Assembly (NCBI GenBank): GCA_963815115.1 | Contig: CAWFFN010000009.1 | Span: 608,001 to 672,000 of the forward strand | Length of the DNA stretch: 64,000 bases | From: an uncultured delta proteobacterium | Lineage (GTDB): Bacteria > Desulfobacterota > Binatia > DP-6 | Reading direction: 5' to 3' | Shown here: in pieces, positions 52,857 to 64,000 of the stretch | How the letters are laid out: each line of letters starts with the position of its first letter | Position numbering within the stretch: the stretch's first letter is position 1 | Made by a program: the position numbers and the translations under genes | The notes under the pieces: model-generated | Seen by the model: only the letters and a program-made list of their open reading frames with translations | Told to the model about the DNA's origin: nothing | The model's database searches: none

Positions 52857-53450
52857 ATGCGAAGGTCACGGCTACGCGCCGGTCTGCTCGTCGTGGTAGC
52901 CATCGCCCTCGCGGGGCTCGGCTACCGGGTGTGGCGCAACGTGGCCGAGCGTACCCCGCGATCTCTCGAGGAGCTCGGCGTCGAGCTGCTCCCCGAGGTC
53001 GCGCAGCACATGCAGAACTTCCACCGCTTCAAGGTGAAGAACGGGCGGACGGAGTGGGAGATCAAGGCCGACGATGCGCGCTACTTCGAGAAGCAGAACG
53101 AGATCGTCGTGCGGTCGCCCGAGGTGACGATCTACACCGAGCAAGGGCAGCAACGCGCCTGGCTGACGAGCACGGAGGGGCATCTCGGACTGGACGCGGG
53201 GGGACGGGAGCTCGGATCGGTGGAGCTCCGCGGCTCCGTGGTCCTGTGGCTCGACGACCTCGAGCTGCACACCGACAGCGCCACCTACGACAAGTCGCGC
53301 GACCTCATCACCGCTCCCGGACCCGTCACCATCGTCGGCCGTTCGATGAACGTGCAGGCCAACGGCATGGAGGTCGACGTCACTCCGCAGCGCATCCGCC
53401 TGCACGACAACGTGCACACCCTGCTGAAGCCGAATGCCCAGGCGTCGTAG
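52857..53450 (+). CDS. lptC: LPS export protein LptC
   Basis: N-terminal TM, WEIKADDA, beta-jellyroll pattern, synteny. Confidence 0.82.
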   Translation: MRRSRLRAGLLVVVAIALAGLGYRVWRNVAERTPRSLEELGVELLPEVAQHMQNFHRFKVKNGRTEWEIKADDARYFEKQNEIVVRSPEVTIYTEQGQQRAWLTSTEGHLGLDAGGRELGSVELRGSVVLWLDDLELHTDSATYDKSRDLITAPGPVTIVGRSMNVQANGMEVDVTPQRIRLHDNVHTLLKPNAQAS

Positions 53451-54156
53451 CGTGAGCGCGGCGGTCGTGCTCGCACTCGCCACGGCCGCCCAGCCTGCCG
53501 GTCCTCCGCCGGGGCAGGAGCCGCAGTCGAGCCCGTTCGGCTTCGACGGCCTCGGCAAGAGCAAGGAACCGATCAACGTGACGTCGGACAACCTCGAGTA
53601 CGACTACAAGGCGAACGTGGTCGTCTATCGCGGCGCCGTGGAGGTGATACAGGGAGCGGTGAAGCTGACCAGCGACACCCTCACGGTCACCATGGTGAAC
53701 GACAAGAAGGACGGCGACAAGAAGGCCGCCGCCGACAAGACGAACGCCGACAAGACGAGCGACAAGGCCGGAGATTCCCCGGCCGCCGATCCCGGCGGCG
53801 GAGCGGCGGCGCCGAGCAGTGACACCGGGCGGGTGCAGAACATCGTCGCGGCCGGCAACGTGCGCATCGACCAGGGGACGCGCTGGGCAGTGGGCGGTCA
53901 GGCGGTGTTCGATCAGGGACAGCGCACGCTGGTGCTGACCGAGAACCCGGTCCTGCACGACGGGCCCAACGTCGTCGCGGGTGATCGGGTGGTCGTGTTC
54001 CTGGACGAGAATCGCAGCATCGTCGAGGGCGGCCGCAAGCGCGTGAAGGCGGTGCTCTACCCGAACAGCAACGACACCAGCGGCGGCCAGGCCGGCACGC
54101 CGGCCAAGCCCAAGGCCAAGTCGGCGCCCGCGGCCACCGCGCGGAAGGCCCGGTGA
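53434..54156 (+). CDS. lptA: LPS transport periplasmic protein LptA
   Basis: [29 protein letters not shown]. Confidence 0.85.
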   Translation: MPRRRSVSAAVVLALATAAQPAGPPPGQEPQSSPFGFDGLGKSKEPINVTSDNLEYDYKANVVVYRGAVEVIQGAVKLTSDTLTVTMVNDKKDGDKKAAADKTNADKTSDKAGDSPAADPGGGAAAPSSDTGRVQNIVAAGNVRIDQGTRWAVGGQAVFDQGQRTLVLTENPVLHDGPNVVAGDRVVVFLDENRSIVEGGRKRVKAVLYPNSNDTSGGQAGTPAKPKAKSAPAATARKAR

Positions 54157-54890
54157 ACGGCACCGGCGCGGCGGTTCTCCAGGCCGAGCGGCTCACGAAG
54201 TCGTTCAGCGGTCGTTGCGTCGTCAAGGGCGTCACCATCGCCGTGCGCGCCGGCGAGGTGGTGGGACTGCTCGGACCCAACGGCGCCGGCAAGACGACCA
54301 GCTTTCACATGATCGTCGGGCTGCAGCATCCCGACAGCGGCGAGGTCTTCCTGAACGGCGAGAACCTGACCCAGCTGCCGATGTACGAGCGCGCCCGCCG
54401 GGGCATCGGCTACCTGCCGCAGGAAGCGTCGGTCTTCCGCAAGCTCACGGTCGAGGAGAACATCCTCGCGATCCTCGAGACCCTCAACCTCGGTGCCGAG
54501 CAGCGCCGCGAACGCCTCGGCTCGCTCCTCGAAGAGCTCGGCATCGCGCGCCTGGCGAAGAACAAGGCGTACTCACTGTCGGGCGGAGAGCGACGGCGGC
54601 TCGAGATCACCCGCGCTCTCGTCATCTCGCCGTCGTTCATGCTCCTCGACGAGCCATTCGCTGGCATCGACCCGATAGCGGTGGTTGACATTCAGAGCAT
54701 AGTCACTCAGTTAAAGACGCGAGGCATCGGCGTCCTCATCACAGATCACAACGTGCGCGAAACCCTTGGCATCTGTGACCGCGCGTACATCGTCAGCGAA
54801 GGTGAGGTGCTTGAGGAGGGCGATCCCGCGCACATCGCCGCCAGCCGGCGGGCGCGCGAAATCTACCTCGGCGAGAAGTTCCGCCTGTAG
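54153..54890 (+). CDS. lptB: LPS export ABC ATPase
   Basis: [46 protein letters not shown]. Confidence 0.95.
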   Translation: MNGTGAAVLQAERLTKSFSGRCVVKGVTIAVRAGEVVGLLGPNGAGKTTSFHMIVGLQHPDSGEVFLNGENLTQLPMYERARRGIGYLPQEASVFRKLTVEENILAILETLNLGAEQRRERLGSLLEELGIARLAKNKAYSLSGGERRRLEITRALVISPSFMLLDEPFAGIDPIAVVDIQSIVTQLKTRGIGVLITDHNVRETLGICDRAYIVSEGEVLEEGDPAHIAASRRAREIYLGEKFRL

Positions 54891-54908
54891 CCGTTCCGAT
54901 CCGACTCG

Positions 54909-56384
54909 ATGATGGCCGACACCCGGCTCGTTCAGCAGCTGCGGATGACCCAGCAGCTCGTGATGACCCCGCAGCTGCGGCAGGCCATCAAGATACTCCA
55001 GGTGTCGCGCGCGGAGCTGGAGTCGCTCATCGACCAGGAGCTCACCGAGAACCCGGTGCTCGAGGAGCAGCAGACGACGGACGAGAAGGCCGAGCCCGAG
55101 GTGCCGACGGTCGACGGGCAGAGTGCCGGAGAGGAATGGCAGCCCGACAGCGCGCAGCCGGAGGTGCCGGAGGCGTCGAGCATCGACCAGATCGACTGGA
55201 AGGAGTTCGCCGAGAACTACAGCAACGACATTCACGGCTCGGTCGGCGGCTCGGCCAGCGACGACGACGACGAGCGACGGCCGGCTCTCGAGAACACCCT
55301 CGTCAAGCGAACGCTGCTGTCCGATCACCTGATGTGGCAGCTCCGGCTCTCCGATCTCCAGGACGCCGAGAAGGAGCTCGCCGCGCTCCTCATCGGGAGC
55401 CTCGATGCCGACGGCTACCTCACCATCTCGATCGAGGAGATCGCCTTCCTCGCCAACGTGTGGCCGCACCTCGAGGGAGTCGAGTCGGCACTCCGCCGCG
55501 TGCAGGACTTCGATCCGCCCGGCGTCGCCGCCCGCGACCTGCCCGAGTGCCTTTCCATCCAGCTCCGCCAGCTCGGGTTGCCCGACGAGTCGCTGCCGGC
55601 CCGGATCGTGCGCGATCATCTCCCGATGCTCGAGAGCCGGCGCTTCGACCGGCTCGCGAAGGAGCTGGGCGTCCCGTTCGAGCAGATCGCCGAGGCCACG
55701 AAGGTCATCTCGGTGCTCGAGCCCAAGCCGGGGCGCGACTACGGCGACGGCGATACGCGCTACGTCACCCCCGACGTCTTCATCCAGAAGGTCGGCGACG
55801 AGTTCGTCGTCACGCTGAACGAGGACGGCATGCCGCGGCTTCGGGTGTCGCCCTTCTACCGCCAGATGCTCGGCCACAACGGCTCGCCCGAGGCGAAGGG
55901 CTACATCCAGGAGAAGATGCGGGCGGCAGCCTGGCTGATCAAATCGATCCACCAGCGCCAGCGCACGCTCTACATGGTCACCTCGAGCATCGCGAAGTTC
56001 CAGCGCGAGTTTCTCGAGCGCGGCGTGTCGCAGCTCCGTCCCCTCGTGCTGAAGGACGTCGCGAACGACATCGGCATGCACGAGTCGACGGTCAGCCGCG
56101 CGACCGCCGGGAAGTACGTGCACACGCCGCAGGGCACGTTCGAGCTGAAGTACTTCTTCACCTCGAGCCTGCGCAGCGCGCACGGCGAGGAGGTCTCGGC
56201 CGAGAGCGTGAAGGCCAGGATCCAGGACATCATTGCCAAGGAGGACGGCCGCAAGCCGCTGAGCGACCAGTACATCGCGGAGCTACTCGGCAAGGAGCAG
56301 GTGGACATCGCGCGGCGCACCGTGGCGAAGTACCGGGAGCAGCTGGGCATTCTTCCATCGTCCAAGCGCAAGCAGGTGTACTAG
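54909..56384 (+). CDS. rpoN: RNA polymerase sigma-54
   Basis: QQLVMTPQLRQAIKILQ, HESTVSRA, RpoN box ARRTVAKYRE. Confidence 0.97.
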   Translation: MMADTRLVQQLRMTQQLVMTPQLRQAIKILQVSRAELESLIDQELTENPVLEEQQTTDEKAEPEVPTVDGQSAGEEWQPDSAQPEVPEASSIDQIDWKEFAENYSNDIHGSVGGSASDDDDERRPALENTLVKRTLLSDHLMWQLRLSDLQDAEKELAALLIGSLDADGYLTISIEEIAFLANVWPHLEGVESALRRVQDFDPPGVAARDLPECLSIQLRQLGLPDESLPARIVRDHLPMLESRRFDRLAKELGVPFEQIAEATKVISVLEPKPGRDYGDGDTRYVTPDVFIQKVGDEFVVTLNEDGMPRLRVSPFYRQMLGHNGSPEAKGYIQEKMRAAAWLIKSIHQRQRTLYMVTSSIAKFQREFLERGVSQLRPLVLKDVANDIGMHESTVSRATAGKYVHTPQGTFELKYFFTSSLRSAHGEEVSAESVKARIQDIIAKEDGRKPLSDQYIAELLGKEQVDIARRTVAKYREQLGILPSSKRKQVY

Positions 56385-56417
56385 GCCGCCGTCGGATGCC
56401 CGCCCGCGGAGGGGCTG

Positions 56418-56984
56418 ATGCAGATCACGGTCACGTTCCGGCACGTCGATCCCACACCGGCGCTTCGTACGTACGCCGAGGAGAAGGTGACGAAGGTCGC
56501 CCGGAAGTACCTTCGCCGTCCCGGCGACGCCCACGTCATCCTGGGCGTGTCGAAGGAGCGCCACGTCGCCGAGATCACGCTCCAGGCGCAGCACGTGTCG
56601 ATGTTCGCCAAGGAGACCACCCACGACCTCTACTCCGCCATCGACCTCGCGGTGGAGAAGCTCGAGCACCAGGTGCAGAAGCTGAAGGCGCGGCGGAGCG
56701 ATCGCAAGGGCGCGGACACGCCGCGCGGCGGCGCGGTGTCCGACGGCCTCGAGCGCCCGGTCGCCCCGCGGCGGGTGGCCGAGACGCGGGGGGTGATCGA
56801 GACGCGGCGGGTGCCGGCGACGCCGATGTCGGTGGACGACGCGATCGGACGGCTGGAGCGCTCCGCCGACGAGTTTCTCGTGTTCACCAACGAAGCCGAC
56901 CGGCGGCTGGCGGTCCTGTACCGTCGCCGGGACGGGCGCTACGGTCTCATCGTGGCCGCGGCGCGGCGGGGAAGAGGCACATGA
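56418..56984 (+). CDS. hpf: Ribosome hibernation factor (long HPF)
   Basis: MQITVTFRH, DLYSAIDLA, PMSVDDA, VLYRRRDGRYGLI. Confidence 0.9.
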   Translation: MQITVTFRHVDPTPALRTYAEEKVTKVARKYLRRPGDAHVILGVSKERHVAEITLQAQHVSMFAKETTHDLYSAIDLAVEKLEHQVQKLKARRSDRKGADTPRGGAVSDGLERPVAPRRVAETRGVIETRRVPATPMSVDDAIGRLERSADEFLVFTNEADRRLAVLYRRRDGRYGLIVAAARRGRGT

Positions 56985-57442
56985 AGATCGAGGAGATCCT
57001 CAGCGAGGACCTGGTCATCCCCAACCTCGATGCGCGCAACAAGACCGACGCTCTGGTCGAGCTGGCCAGCGCGGTGGCGCGCCGGCATTCCGAGCTCGAG
57101 CGCGAGCGCCTCGTGCAGGCCCTCGAGGATCGCGAGCGGCTGAACAGCACCGCGCTGGGCGACGGTGTGGCCATCCCGCACGGCAAGCTCCCGGGCATCA
57201 AGCGCGTCTTCGCCGCCTTCGCGCGCAGCCCGCAGGGCGTCGACTTCCAGTCCCTCGACGGCCGGCCGACGCATCTCTTCTTCCTGCTGGTGGCCCCCGA
57301 GGACTCGGCCGGGGCCCACCTGAAGGCGCTGGCCCGTATCTCGCGGCTCTTGAAGAACGAGGAGTTCCGCGCCCGGCTCATGCAGGCGCCCGACGCGCGG
57401 GCGCTGTGGGAGACCATCCGCGAGGAGGACGCGCGGTACTGA
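56981..57442 (+). CDS. ptsN: PTS EIIA-Ntr-like
   Basis: RERLNSTALGDGVAIPHG, HLKALARISR. Confidence 0.88.
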   Translation: MKIEEILSEDLVIPNLDARNKTDALVELASAVARRHSELERERLVQALEDRERLNSTALGDGVAIPHGKLPGIKRVFAAFARSPQGVDFQSLDGRPTHLFFLLVAPEDSAGAHLKALARISRLLKNEEFRARLMQAPDARALWETIREEDARY

Positions 57443-57446
57443 GCGT

Positions 57447-58376
57447 ATGGTGACGGTCCGGGACCTGCTGGAGGCTCGCGCACCCGGCCTCGGCCTCGCG
57501 CTGGCGGCGGGCGCGCGCGGACTCGACCGCCCGATCGCGATGCCGCGGCTCCAGCAGCCGGGGCTCGCGCTCGCCGGCTTCCTGCCCCAGCTGCACCCCG
57601 ATCGCATCCAGGTGCTCGGCAACAGCGAGATCAGCTACCTCGCCACCCTCGGGGCGCCGGCCGCGGAGCGCGTGGCTGCGGTGGCAGATGCCGGGGTGGC
57701 GTGCTTCGTGGTGACGAACGGGACGCCGGCACCCGCGGCCCTGACGCGATCGGCGGAGGCAGCGGGCGTTTCGGTGCTGCTCACGGCGACCCGGACCGGG
57801 GAGTTCATCCGTGCCGCCACGGCTTGGCTCGAGGAGCGGCTCGCGCCCGAGACCACGCTGCACGCGGGGCTGGTGGAGGTGCACGGGCTCGGCACGCTGA
57901 TCCTGGGCGACAGCGGCATCGGCAAGAGCGAAGCGGCGCTCGACCTGGTGTCGCGCGGCCACCGTCTGGTGGCGGACGACGCGGTGCTCGTGCGCCGCAT
58001 CTCGCCGAGCGTGCTGCGCGGCCGGACGGCGGAGCTGCTCGCCCATCACATGGAGATCCGCGGCCTCGGCGTGATCGACATCGAAGCCCTGTTCGGTACC
58101 CTGGCGACGCTCGACGACCGGCAGATCGACCTCGTGGTCGAGCTCACCGAGTGGAGCGACGACGCGGACCGGCTCGGGATCGAGGAGTCGACCTACACGC
58201 TGCTGGAAGTGGCGCTCCCGCTGGTGCGCATCCCCGTCCAGGCCGGTCGCACGCTCGGGCTCCTGATCGAGACCGCGGCCCGCAACCAGCTGCTCCGCTG
58301 GCGCGGCCGCCACAGCGCGGCCGAGTTCACCGAGCGGGTCGATCGCGCCGCCGCCGTGCGGCGCTCCCGCGGATGA
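57447..58376 (+). CDS. hprK: HPr kinase/phosphorylase
   Basis: PGLALAGF, GDSGIGKSEAALDL, HRLVADD, MEIRGLG. Confidence 0.93.
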   Translation: MVTVRDLLEARAPGLGLALAAGARGLDRPIAMPRLQQPGLALAGFLPQLHPDRIQVLGNSEISYLATLGAPAAERVAAVADAGVACFVVTNGTPAPAALTRSAEAAGVSVLLTATRTGEFIRAATAWLEERLAPETTLHAGLVEVHGLGTLILGDSGIGKSEAALDLVSRGHRLVADDAVLVRRISPSVLRGRTAELLAHHMEIRGLGVIDIEALFGTLATLDDRQIDLVVELTEWSDDADRLGIEESTYTLLEVALPLVRIPVQAGRTLGLLIETAARNQLLRWRGRHSAAEFTERVDRAAAVRRSRG

Positions 58377-58389
58377 CCGCGCGCCGACG

Positions 58390-59253
<864 letters not shown>

Positions 59254-59254
59254 C

Positions 59255-59356
59255 TCCGACCCGAGACTTCGTCTCGGGTCGGAAGGGAACGCCCGCACGG
59301 TTCATCGAGCTCCACTCTCGCTCTCCGTCCCGACCCGAGACGCAGTCTCGGGTCGG
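59255..59356. repeat. Pair of REP-like palindromes with identical stems
   Basis: CCGACCCGAGAC-N3-GTCTCGGGTCGG at 59256-59282 and 59330-59356. Confidence 0.85.
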
Positions 59357-59401
59357 CTCTCTGCTTGCCCGGGTGCGGCGCCGAAGGTTAGGATCGCCCG
59401 G

Positions 59402-59791
59402 ATGGTCGGTCTCGTCGTAGTGGGACACGGTCGGCTCGGCGAGGCCATGGTCGAGGCCCTGCAGAACATCGTCGGGCCGCTCGAGGGCGTCGAGGCGGTG
59501 ACCAGTACGCCCGCCGCCGGCTGGCAGGACATCCTGGATGACATCCGCGCCGCCGTCCGGCGCGTCGACCGCGGGCAGGGCGTGCTCATCGTCACGGACA
59601 TGCTGGGCGACACGCAGACCAACATGAGCGTGCTGGTGGCGCGCGAGACCGGTGCGCAGGTCGTGGCCGGGGTCAACATGCCCATGCTGGTCAAGCTGAG
59701 TAGCGTGCGGCGCGACATGGACGCCGCCGCGCTCGCGCAGTTCATCAAGCGGTACGGGCAGGAGCACATCTTCTGCGTCACGACGCCATGA
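59402..59791 (+). CDS. PTS EIIA mannose-type
   Basis: VVVGHG, IVTDMLG, GVNMPML. Confidence 0.88.
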   Translation: MVGLVVVGHGRLGEAMVEALQNIVGPLEGVEAVTSTPAAGWQDILDDIRAAVRRVDRGQGVLIVTDMLGDTQTNMSVLVARETGAQVVAGVNMPMLVKLSSVRRDMDAAALAQFIKRYGQEHIFCVTTP

Positions 59792-60075
59792 GCGGCGGCA
59801 CGCCGGATCACCACGCCACGCTGGAGATCAAGAACCGGCTCGGTCTGCACGCCCGCGCGGCGGTCCTGCTGGTGCAGACCGCGAACCGCTTCGAGGCCGA
59901 GGTCGCGATCACCAAGGACGGCCAGAGCGTGAACGGCCGCAGCATCATGGGGATCATGATGCTGGCGGCGGAGCAGGGCAGCACGATCGACGTCGACACC
60001 TCGGGGCCGCAGGCGGCGGAGGCGCTCGAGGCCATCCGCGAGCTGGTCGATGCGCGCTTCCACGAGCCGAGCTGA
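59788..60075 (+). CDS. ptsH: Phosphocarrier HPr
   Basis: GLHARAA, NGRSIMGIMML. Confidence 0.9.
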   Translation: MSGGTPDHHATLEIKNRLGLHARAAVLLVQTANRFEAEVAITKDGQSVNGRSIMGIMMLAAEQGSTIDVDTSGPQAAEALEAIRELVDARFHEPS

Positions 60076-60138
60076 CGCGAAGGCCAGGGCAGACGCGCGG
60101 CTTGCCGGGCCGGGAGGCGTTCGGTAAGGTCCGCCGCC

Positions 60139-61323
60139 ATGCTCAAGGACTATGTCTTCACCTCCGAGTCGGTGAACGAGGGCCACCCCGACAAGGTGTG
60201 CGACCAGATCTCCGACGCCATCGTCGACACCCTGATCGCCCAGGACCCCGACAGCCGCATCGCCTGCGAGGCGCTCATCAAGACCGGCCTCGTGGTGGTG
60301 GCGGGCGAGATCACCAGCCAGGGCAAGGCGGAGTTCGGCGAGGTCGCCAAGGGCGTCATCCGCGACATCGGCTACACGACCCCCGAGAGCGGCTTCAACT
60401 GTGACAGCTGCGCGGTGGTCGTCGCGGTCGAGAAGCAATCGCCCGACATCTCCCAGGGCGTCACCGAGGGCCAGGGCCTGTTCAAGGAGCAGGGAGCGGG
60501 CGACCAGGGAATGATGTTCGGCTACGCCTGCGACGAGACCAAGGAGTACATGCCGTTCGCGATCTACGCCGCGCACCGCATCGGACAGCAGCTTGCCGAG
60601 TCGCGCAAATCGGGCCAGCTGCCCTTCCTGCTCCCCGACGGCAAGTGCCAGGTATCCGTCGAGTACCGGGACAACAAGGCCGTGCGCGCGAAGACGGTCG
60701 TCGTGTCCTCGCAGCACCGCTCGGACGTCTCCCACTTGACTCTCAAGGAGGCGATCATCGAGGAGGTGGTGAAGAAGGTCGTGCCGCCGGAGTTCCTCGA
60801 CCGCGAGACCGTGTACTACATCAACCCGACCGGCAAGTTCTGCGTCGGCGGTCCGCAGGGCGACTGCGGCCTCACCGGCCGCAAGATCATCGTCGACACC
60901 TACGGCGGCTACGGGCGGCACGGGGGCGGCGCGTTCAGCGGGAAGGATCCGAGCAAGGTCGACCGGAGCGCCGCCTACTTCGCCCGCTACGTCGCGAAGA
61001 ACGTGGTGGCGGCCGAGCTTGCGGCGCGCTGCGAGCTGCAGGTGGCCTACGCCATCGGAGTCGCAGATCCGGTCTCGGTGCTGGTCGATACCTTCGGCAC
61101 CGGCGTCGTGCCGGACGAGAAGATCGGCGCCCTGGTGCGGGAGCTGTTCGACTTCAAGCCCGCCTCGCTGATCCGCACCCTGGGCCTGAAGCGCCCCATC
61201 TACCGCCGGACGGCGGCCTACGGGCACTTCGGGCGCGTCCCCGACGGACCGCACTTCACCTGGGAGCGCACCGACCGGGTGGACGATCTCCGCGGCGCGG
61301 CGGGTCTCGGCAAGCGGTCCTAG
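60139..61323 (+). CDS. metK: S-adenosylmethionine synthetase
   Basis: [35 protein letters not shown]. Confidence 0.97.
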   Translation: MLKDYVFTSESVNEGHPDKVCDQISDAIVDTLIAQDPDSRIACEALIKTGLVVVAGEITSQGKAEFGEVAKGVIRDIGYTTPESGFNCDSCAVVVAVEKQSPDISQGVTEGQGLFKEQGAGDQGMMFGYACDETKEYMPFAIYAAHRIGQQLAESRKSGQLPFLLPDGKCQVSVEYRDNKAVRAKTVVVSSQHRSDVSHLTLKEAIIEEVVKKVVPPEFLDRETVYYINPTGKFCVGGPQGDCGLTGRKIIVDTYGGYGRHGGGAFSGKDPSKVDRSAAYFARYVAKNVVAAELAARCELQVAYAIGVADPVSVLVDTFGTGVVPDEKIGALVRELFDFKPASLIRTLGLKRPIYRRTAAYGHFGRVPDGPHFTWERTDRVDDLRGAAGLGKRS

Positions 61324-61402
61324 CACCGCGGCGTGCGGGCGGCCTGCGCGAGCCGTCCGCGGACTGGCGTCGCCTCCGTGACCGGGCCAGTATCTCCCGA
61401 CC

Positions 61403-63067
61403 ATGGGGAGTGGGCCCGATCCGCTGGAGCAGCGCCGCGCGCAGATGTTCAGCACCCTCGCGCCCGAGCAGCTGGCGCGTATCGCCTCCGTGGGCGCACG
61501 CCGGCAATTGCGTCGAGGGGAGGTCCTCTACGATCAGGGGGATCGGGAAATCCCCTTCTACGTCGTCACGCAGGGGACCCTCGAGACCGTGCGTCCCCAC
61601 GACGCCATCGAGGACCCGATCTCCATCCTCGGCCCGGGCCAGTTCACGGGTGAGATGAACATGCTGACCGGCCGGCGCAGCCTCGTGCGCGTCCGCGCCC
61701 GCGAGGACGGCGAGGTGATCGAGGTGCGTCCCGAGGCGGTGCGCGCGCTGGTGCAGGTCGACTCGGAGCTGAGCGAGCTGCTCATGCGTGCGTTCATCCT
61801 CCGGCGTGTCAGCCTCATCGCGCGCGGGATGGGCGACGTGGTCCTGGTGGGATCGCACCACTCCTCCGACACGCTGCGGATCAAGGAGTTCCTGGTGCGC
61901 AACGGCCATCCGTACACCTATCTCGACGTGGATCAGCACGACGACGTCCAGGCGACGCTCGATCGCTTCCACGTCACGGTCGAGGAGATCCCGGTGATCA
62001 TCTGCCGGGGCGTGAAGGTGCTCCGGAACCCGACGCCGGAGAAGCTCGCGGACTGCCTCGGCTTCAACCCGGACCTGCACGTCGAGGTCGTGCGTGATCT
62101 CCTGGTCGTGGGTGCCGGGCCGGCCGGGCTCGCGGCGGCGGTGTACGGCGCATCCGAGGGGCTGAGCGTCCAGGTGCTCGAGAGCCACGCGCCGGGCGGC
62201 CAGGCCGGCTCGAGCTCCAGGATCGAGAACTATCTCGGCTTCCCCACCGGCATCTCCGGCCAGGCGCTGGCCGGAAGGGCGTTCACCCAGGCGGAGAAGT
62301 TCGGCGCCGGCGTGGCGATCGCGCGCGCGGCGGGGAAGCTGCTCTGCGAGCGGAATCCCTACGCCGTGCAGCTCTCCACGGGCGAGGTGATGCACGCCCG
62401 GGCGGTCGTCATCGCCTCGGGCGCCCGGTACCGTAAGCTACCGCTGACCAAGCTGTCGATGTTCGAGGGAGCCGGGGTGTACTACGCCGCGTCCCAGATG
62501 GAGGCCCAGCTCTGCGTCGGCGAGGAGGTGATCGTCGTCGGCGGGGGCAACTCGGCCGGCCAAGCGGCGATCTTTCTCTCCGAGACCGCCAGTCGGGTGC
62601 ACGTGCTGGTACGCTCGGACGGGCTCGGCGAGACCATGTCGCGCTATCTCGTCCGGCGCATCGAGGACAGCCCCCACGTCACGGTCCACACACGCACGGA
62701 GATCGAGTCGCTCGACGGAGACAGGTCGCTCGAGACCGTCCGCTGGCGGAATGCCGGCGGCGAGATCGAGTCCCACTCGATCCGGCACGTGTTCCTGATG
62801 ACGGGTGCGGTTCCCAACACCGGGTGGGTCAAGGGATGCGTGACGCTGGACGACAAGGGCTTCGTCAAGACCGGCAGCGACCTCACGGCCGAGGAGCTGG
62901 CGGCGGCGCGCTGGCCGCTGCGGCGCGCGCCCTATCTGCTGGAGACCAGCCGCCCCGGCGTCTTCGCCGTGGGCGACGCCCGCGCGGGCAGCGTCAAGCG
63001 CGTGGCCTCGGCGGTGGGCGAGGGATCGATCTGCGTCCAGCTCTGCCACAAGGTACTGTCGGAATGA
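61403..63067 (+). CDS. cNMP-binding domain plus thioredoxin reductase-like flavoprotein
   Basis: GPGQFTGE, VVGAGPAG, SSRIENYLGFP, VGGGNSAGQAA, KRVASAVGEG. Confidence 0.9.
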   Translation: MGSGPDPLEQRRAQMFSTLAPEQLARIASVGARRQLRRGEVLYDQGDREIPFYVVTQGTLETVRPHDAIEDPISILGPGQFTGEMNMLTGRRSLVRVRAREDGEVIEVRPEAVRALVQVDSELSELLMRAFILRRVSLIARGMGDVVLVGSHHSSDTLRIKEFLVRNGHPYTYLDVDQHDDVQATLDRFHVTVEEIPVIICRGVKVLRNPTPEKLADCLGFNPDLHVEVVRDLLVVGAGPAGLAAAVYGASEGLSVQVLESHAPGGQAGSSSRIENYLGFPTGISGQALAGRAFTQAEKFGAGVAIARAAGKLLCERNPYAVQLSTGEVMHARAVVIASGARYRKLPLTKLSMFEGAGVYYAASQMEAQLCVGEEVIVVGGGNSAGQAAIFLSETASRVHVLVRSDGLGETMSRYLVRRIEDSPHVTVHTRTEIESLDGDRSLETVRWRNAGGEIESHSIRHVFLMTGAVPNTGWVKGCVTLDDKGFVKTGSDLTAEELAAARWPLRRAPYLLETSRPGVFAVGDARAGSVKRVASAVGEGSICVQLCHKVLSE

Positions 63068-63070
63068 CGT

Positions 63071-64000
63071 TCACGCCCGATCGGGCACCCAGTTGCCGTG
63101 GAACCCGAACGGCACCCGGTCGGGCAGGTGGATGGTCGCCAGCGGCGTGCCGGTGAAGTCCTGCGCGTGCAGGATGACCACGTCGCTGCGGCCGCTGCCG
63201 CCGTCGTAGACGTACGACAGCACCCAGCCATCGTCCTCCGCCGAATCGGGCGTGCGGGGCACGAAGACCGGCTCCAGAGTCACCCGATCCGACCCGTAGT
63301 GGTGCACCTCGGTGGTGCCGCGCTCGAGGTCGTACTTGAGCGCGGGGCCATGGCGGAGGGCGTCGAAGGTAGCGGCATAGCCGAAGCGATGGCGTCGGCC
63401 GACGAGCCGCTCGTCGTGGCGGGGGAACTCGATGGCGCGGTCGTCCATGCGCTGCTCGCGAGCCTGACCGCCGTCGGGGTCGAGCGTCCAGCGGGTGAGC
63501 ACCGGGGGCCCCTCGCTGGGTCCCCGCTCGTCCGTCTCGAACATCCGCGGGTGGCGGACGGCGTCGAGGACGACCCGACCGTTCGGCAGATCGTAGGCAT
63601 TCAGCGGATGGAAGACGTAGCAGGGCTCGATCTCGATCCAGCGGATCTGGTCCGCCGAGCCCTCACGGGGCAGCAGGCCGATGCGTGACGGATGTCCCGG
63701 GTTCCACTTGTAGGGGAGGGTCACTTCCGACATCGCCATCTCGAGATTGAAGGTGACCGGCAGGTCGAGCACCAGCACGTAGCGCTCGGTGAGGGCGCAG
63801 TCGTGGATCATGGGGCCGTCGGCCACCGGAACGTGGACCGTCCGGCGCACGCGGCCGTCCGTTCCGACGACGACGTAGCGCACGTGGTCCCATTCCCAGT
63901 AATAGGTCAGCGCGTGCAGCTCGCCGGTCACCGGGTCGCGCTTCGGGTGCGCCGTGAACGAGCCGTCGAGCGTGCCGTCGAAGTCCGACCGGCGCACCGT
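63071..64000 (-). CDS. Carotenoid/lignostilbene cleavage oxygenase family (5' end off window)
   Basis: FTAHPKRDP, MIHD, YVFHPLNAY, EFPR, EPVFVP, VPFGFHGNW. Confidence 0.92.
   Translation of the reverse strand, partial: TVRRSDFDGTLDGSFTAHPKRDPVTGELHALTYYWEWDHVRYVVVGTDGRVRRTVHVPVADGPMIHDCALTERYVLVLDLPVTFNLEMAMSEVTLPYKWNPGHPSRIGLLPREGSADQIRWIEIEPCYVFHPLNAYDLPNGRVVLDAVRHPRMFETDERGPSEGPPVLTRWTLDPDGGQAREQRMDDRAIEFPRHDERLVGRRHRFGYAATFDALRHGPALKYDLERGTTEVHHYGSDRVTLEPVFVPRTPDSAEDDGWVLSYVYDGGSGRSDVVILHAQDFTGTPLATIHLPDRVPFGFHGNWVPDRA

Overview
High-GC Gram-negative chromosomal window; gene style suggests a Binatia/deltaproteobacteria-like lineage (inference). The main accessory element is an integron (about 8.2-15.7 kb) between eutBC and an amidase. 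Its intI is co-oriented with and upstream of a candidate attI and about 7 cassettes with attC sites. An IS110-family (IS621-like) element sits exactly in one attC R' box (GTT-AG-GC, AG core duplicated). Its left non-coding end folds into a bridge-RNA-like structure whose predicted guides match both the attC core and the element's own end junction. This is the most notable observation. Other content: three VapBC modules, an MdtABC-NodT efflux operon with a TetR regulator, three Cys-rich secreted paralogs between kdsB and pyrG, the conserved pyrG-kdsA-kdsD-lpxL-lptCAB-rpoN-hpf-ptsN-hprK-rapZ-EIIA-HPr-metK cluster, and metabolic genes. Dense frameshifts at 32-39 kb and 48-51.7 kb look like sequencing indels. 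All calls are from motif recognition by eye; no searches were run.
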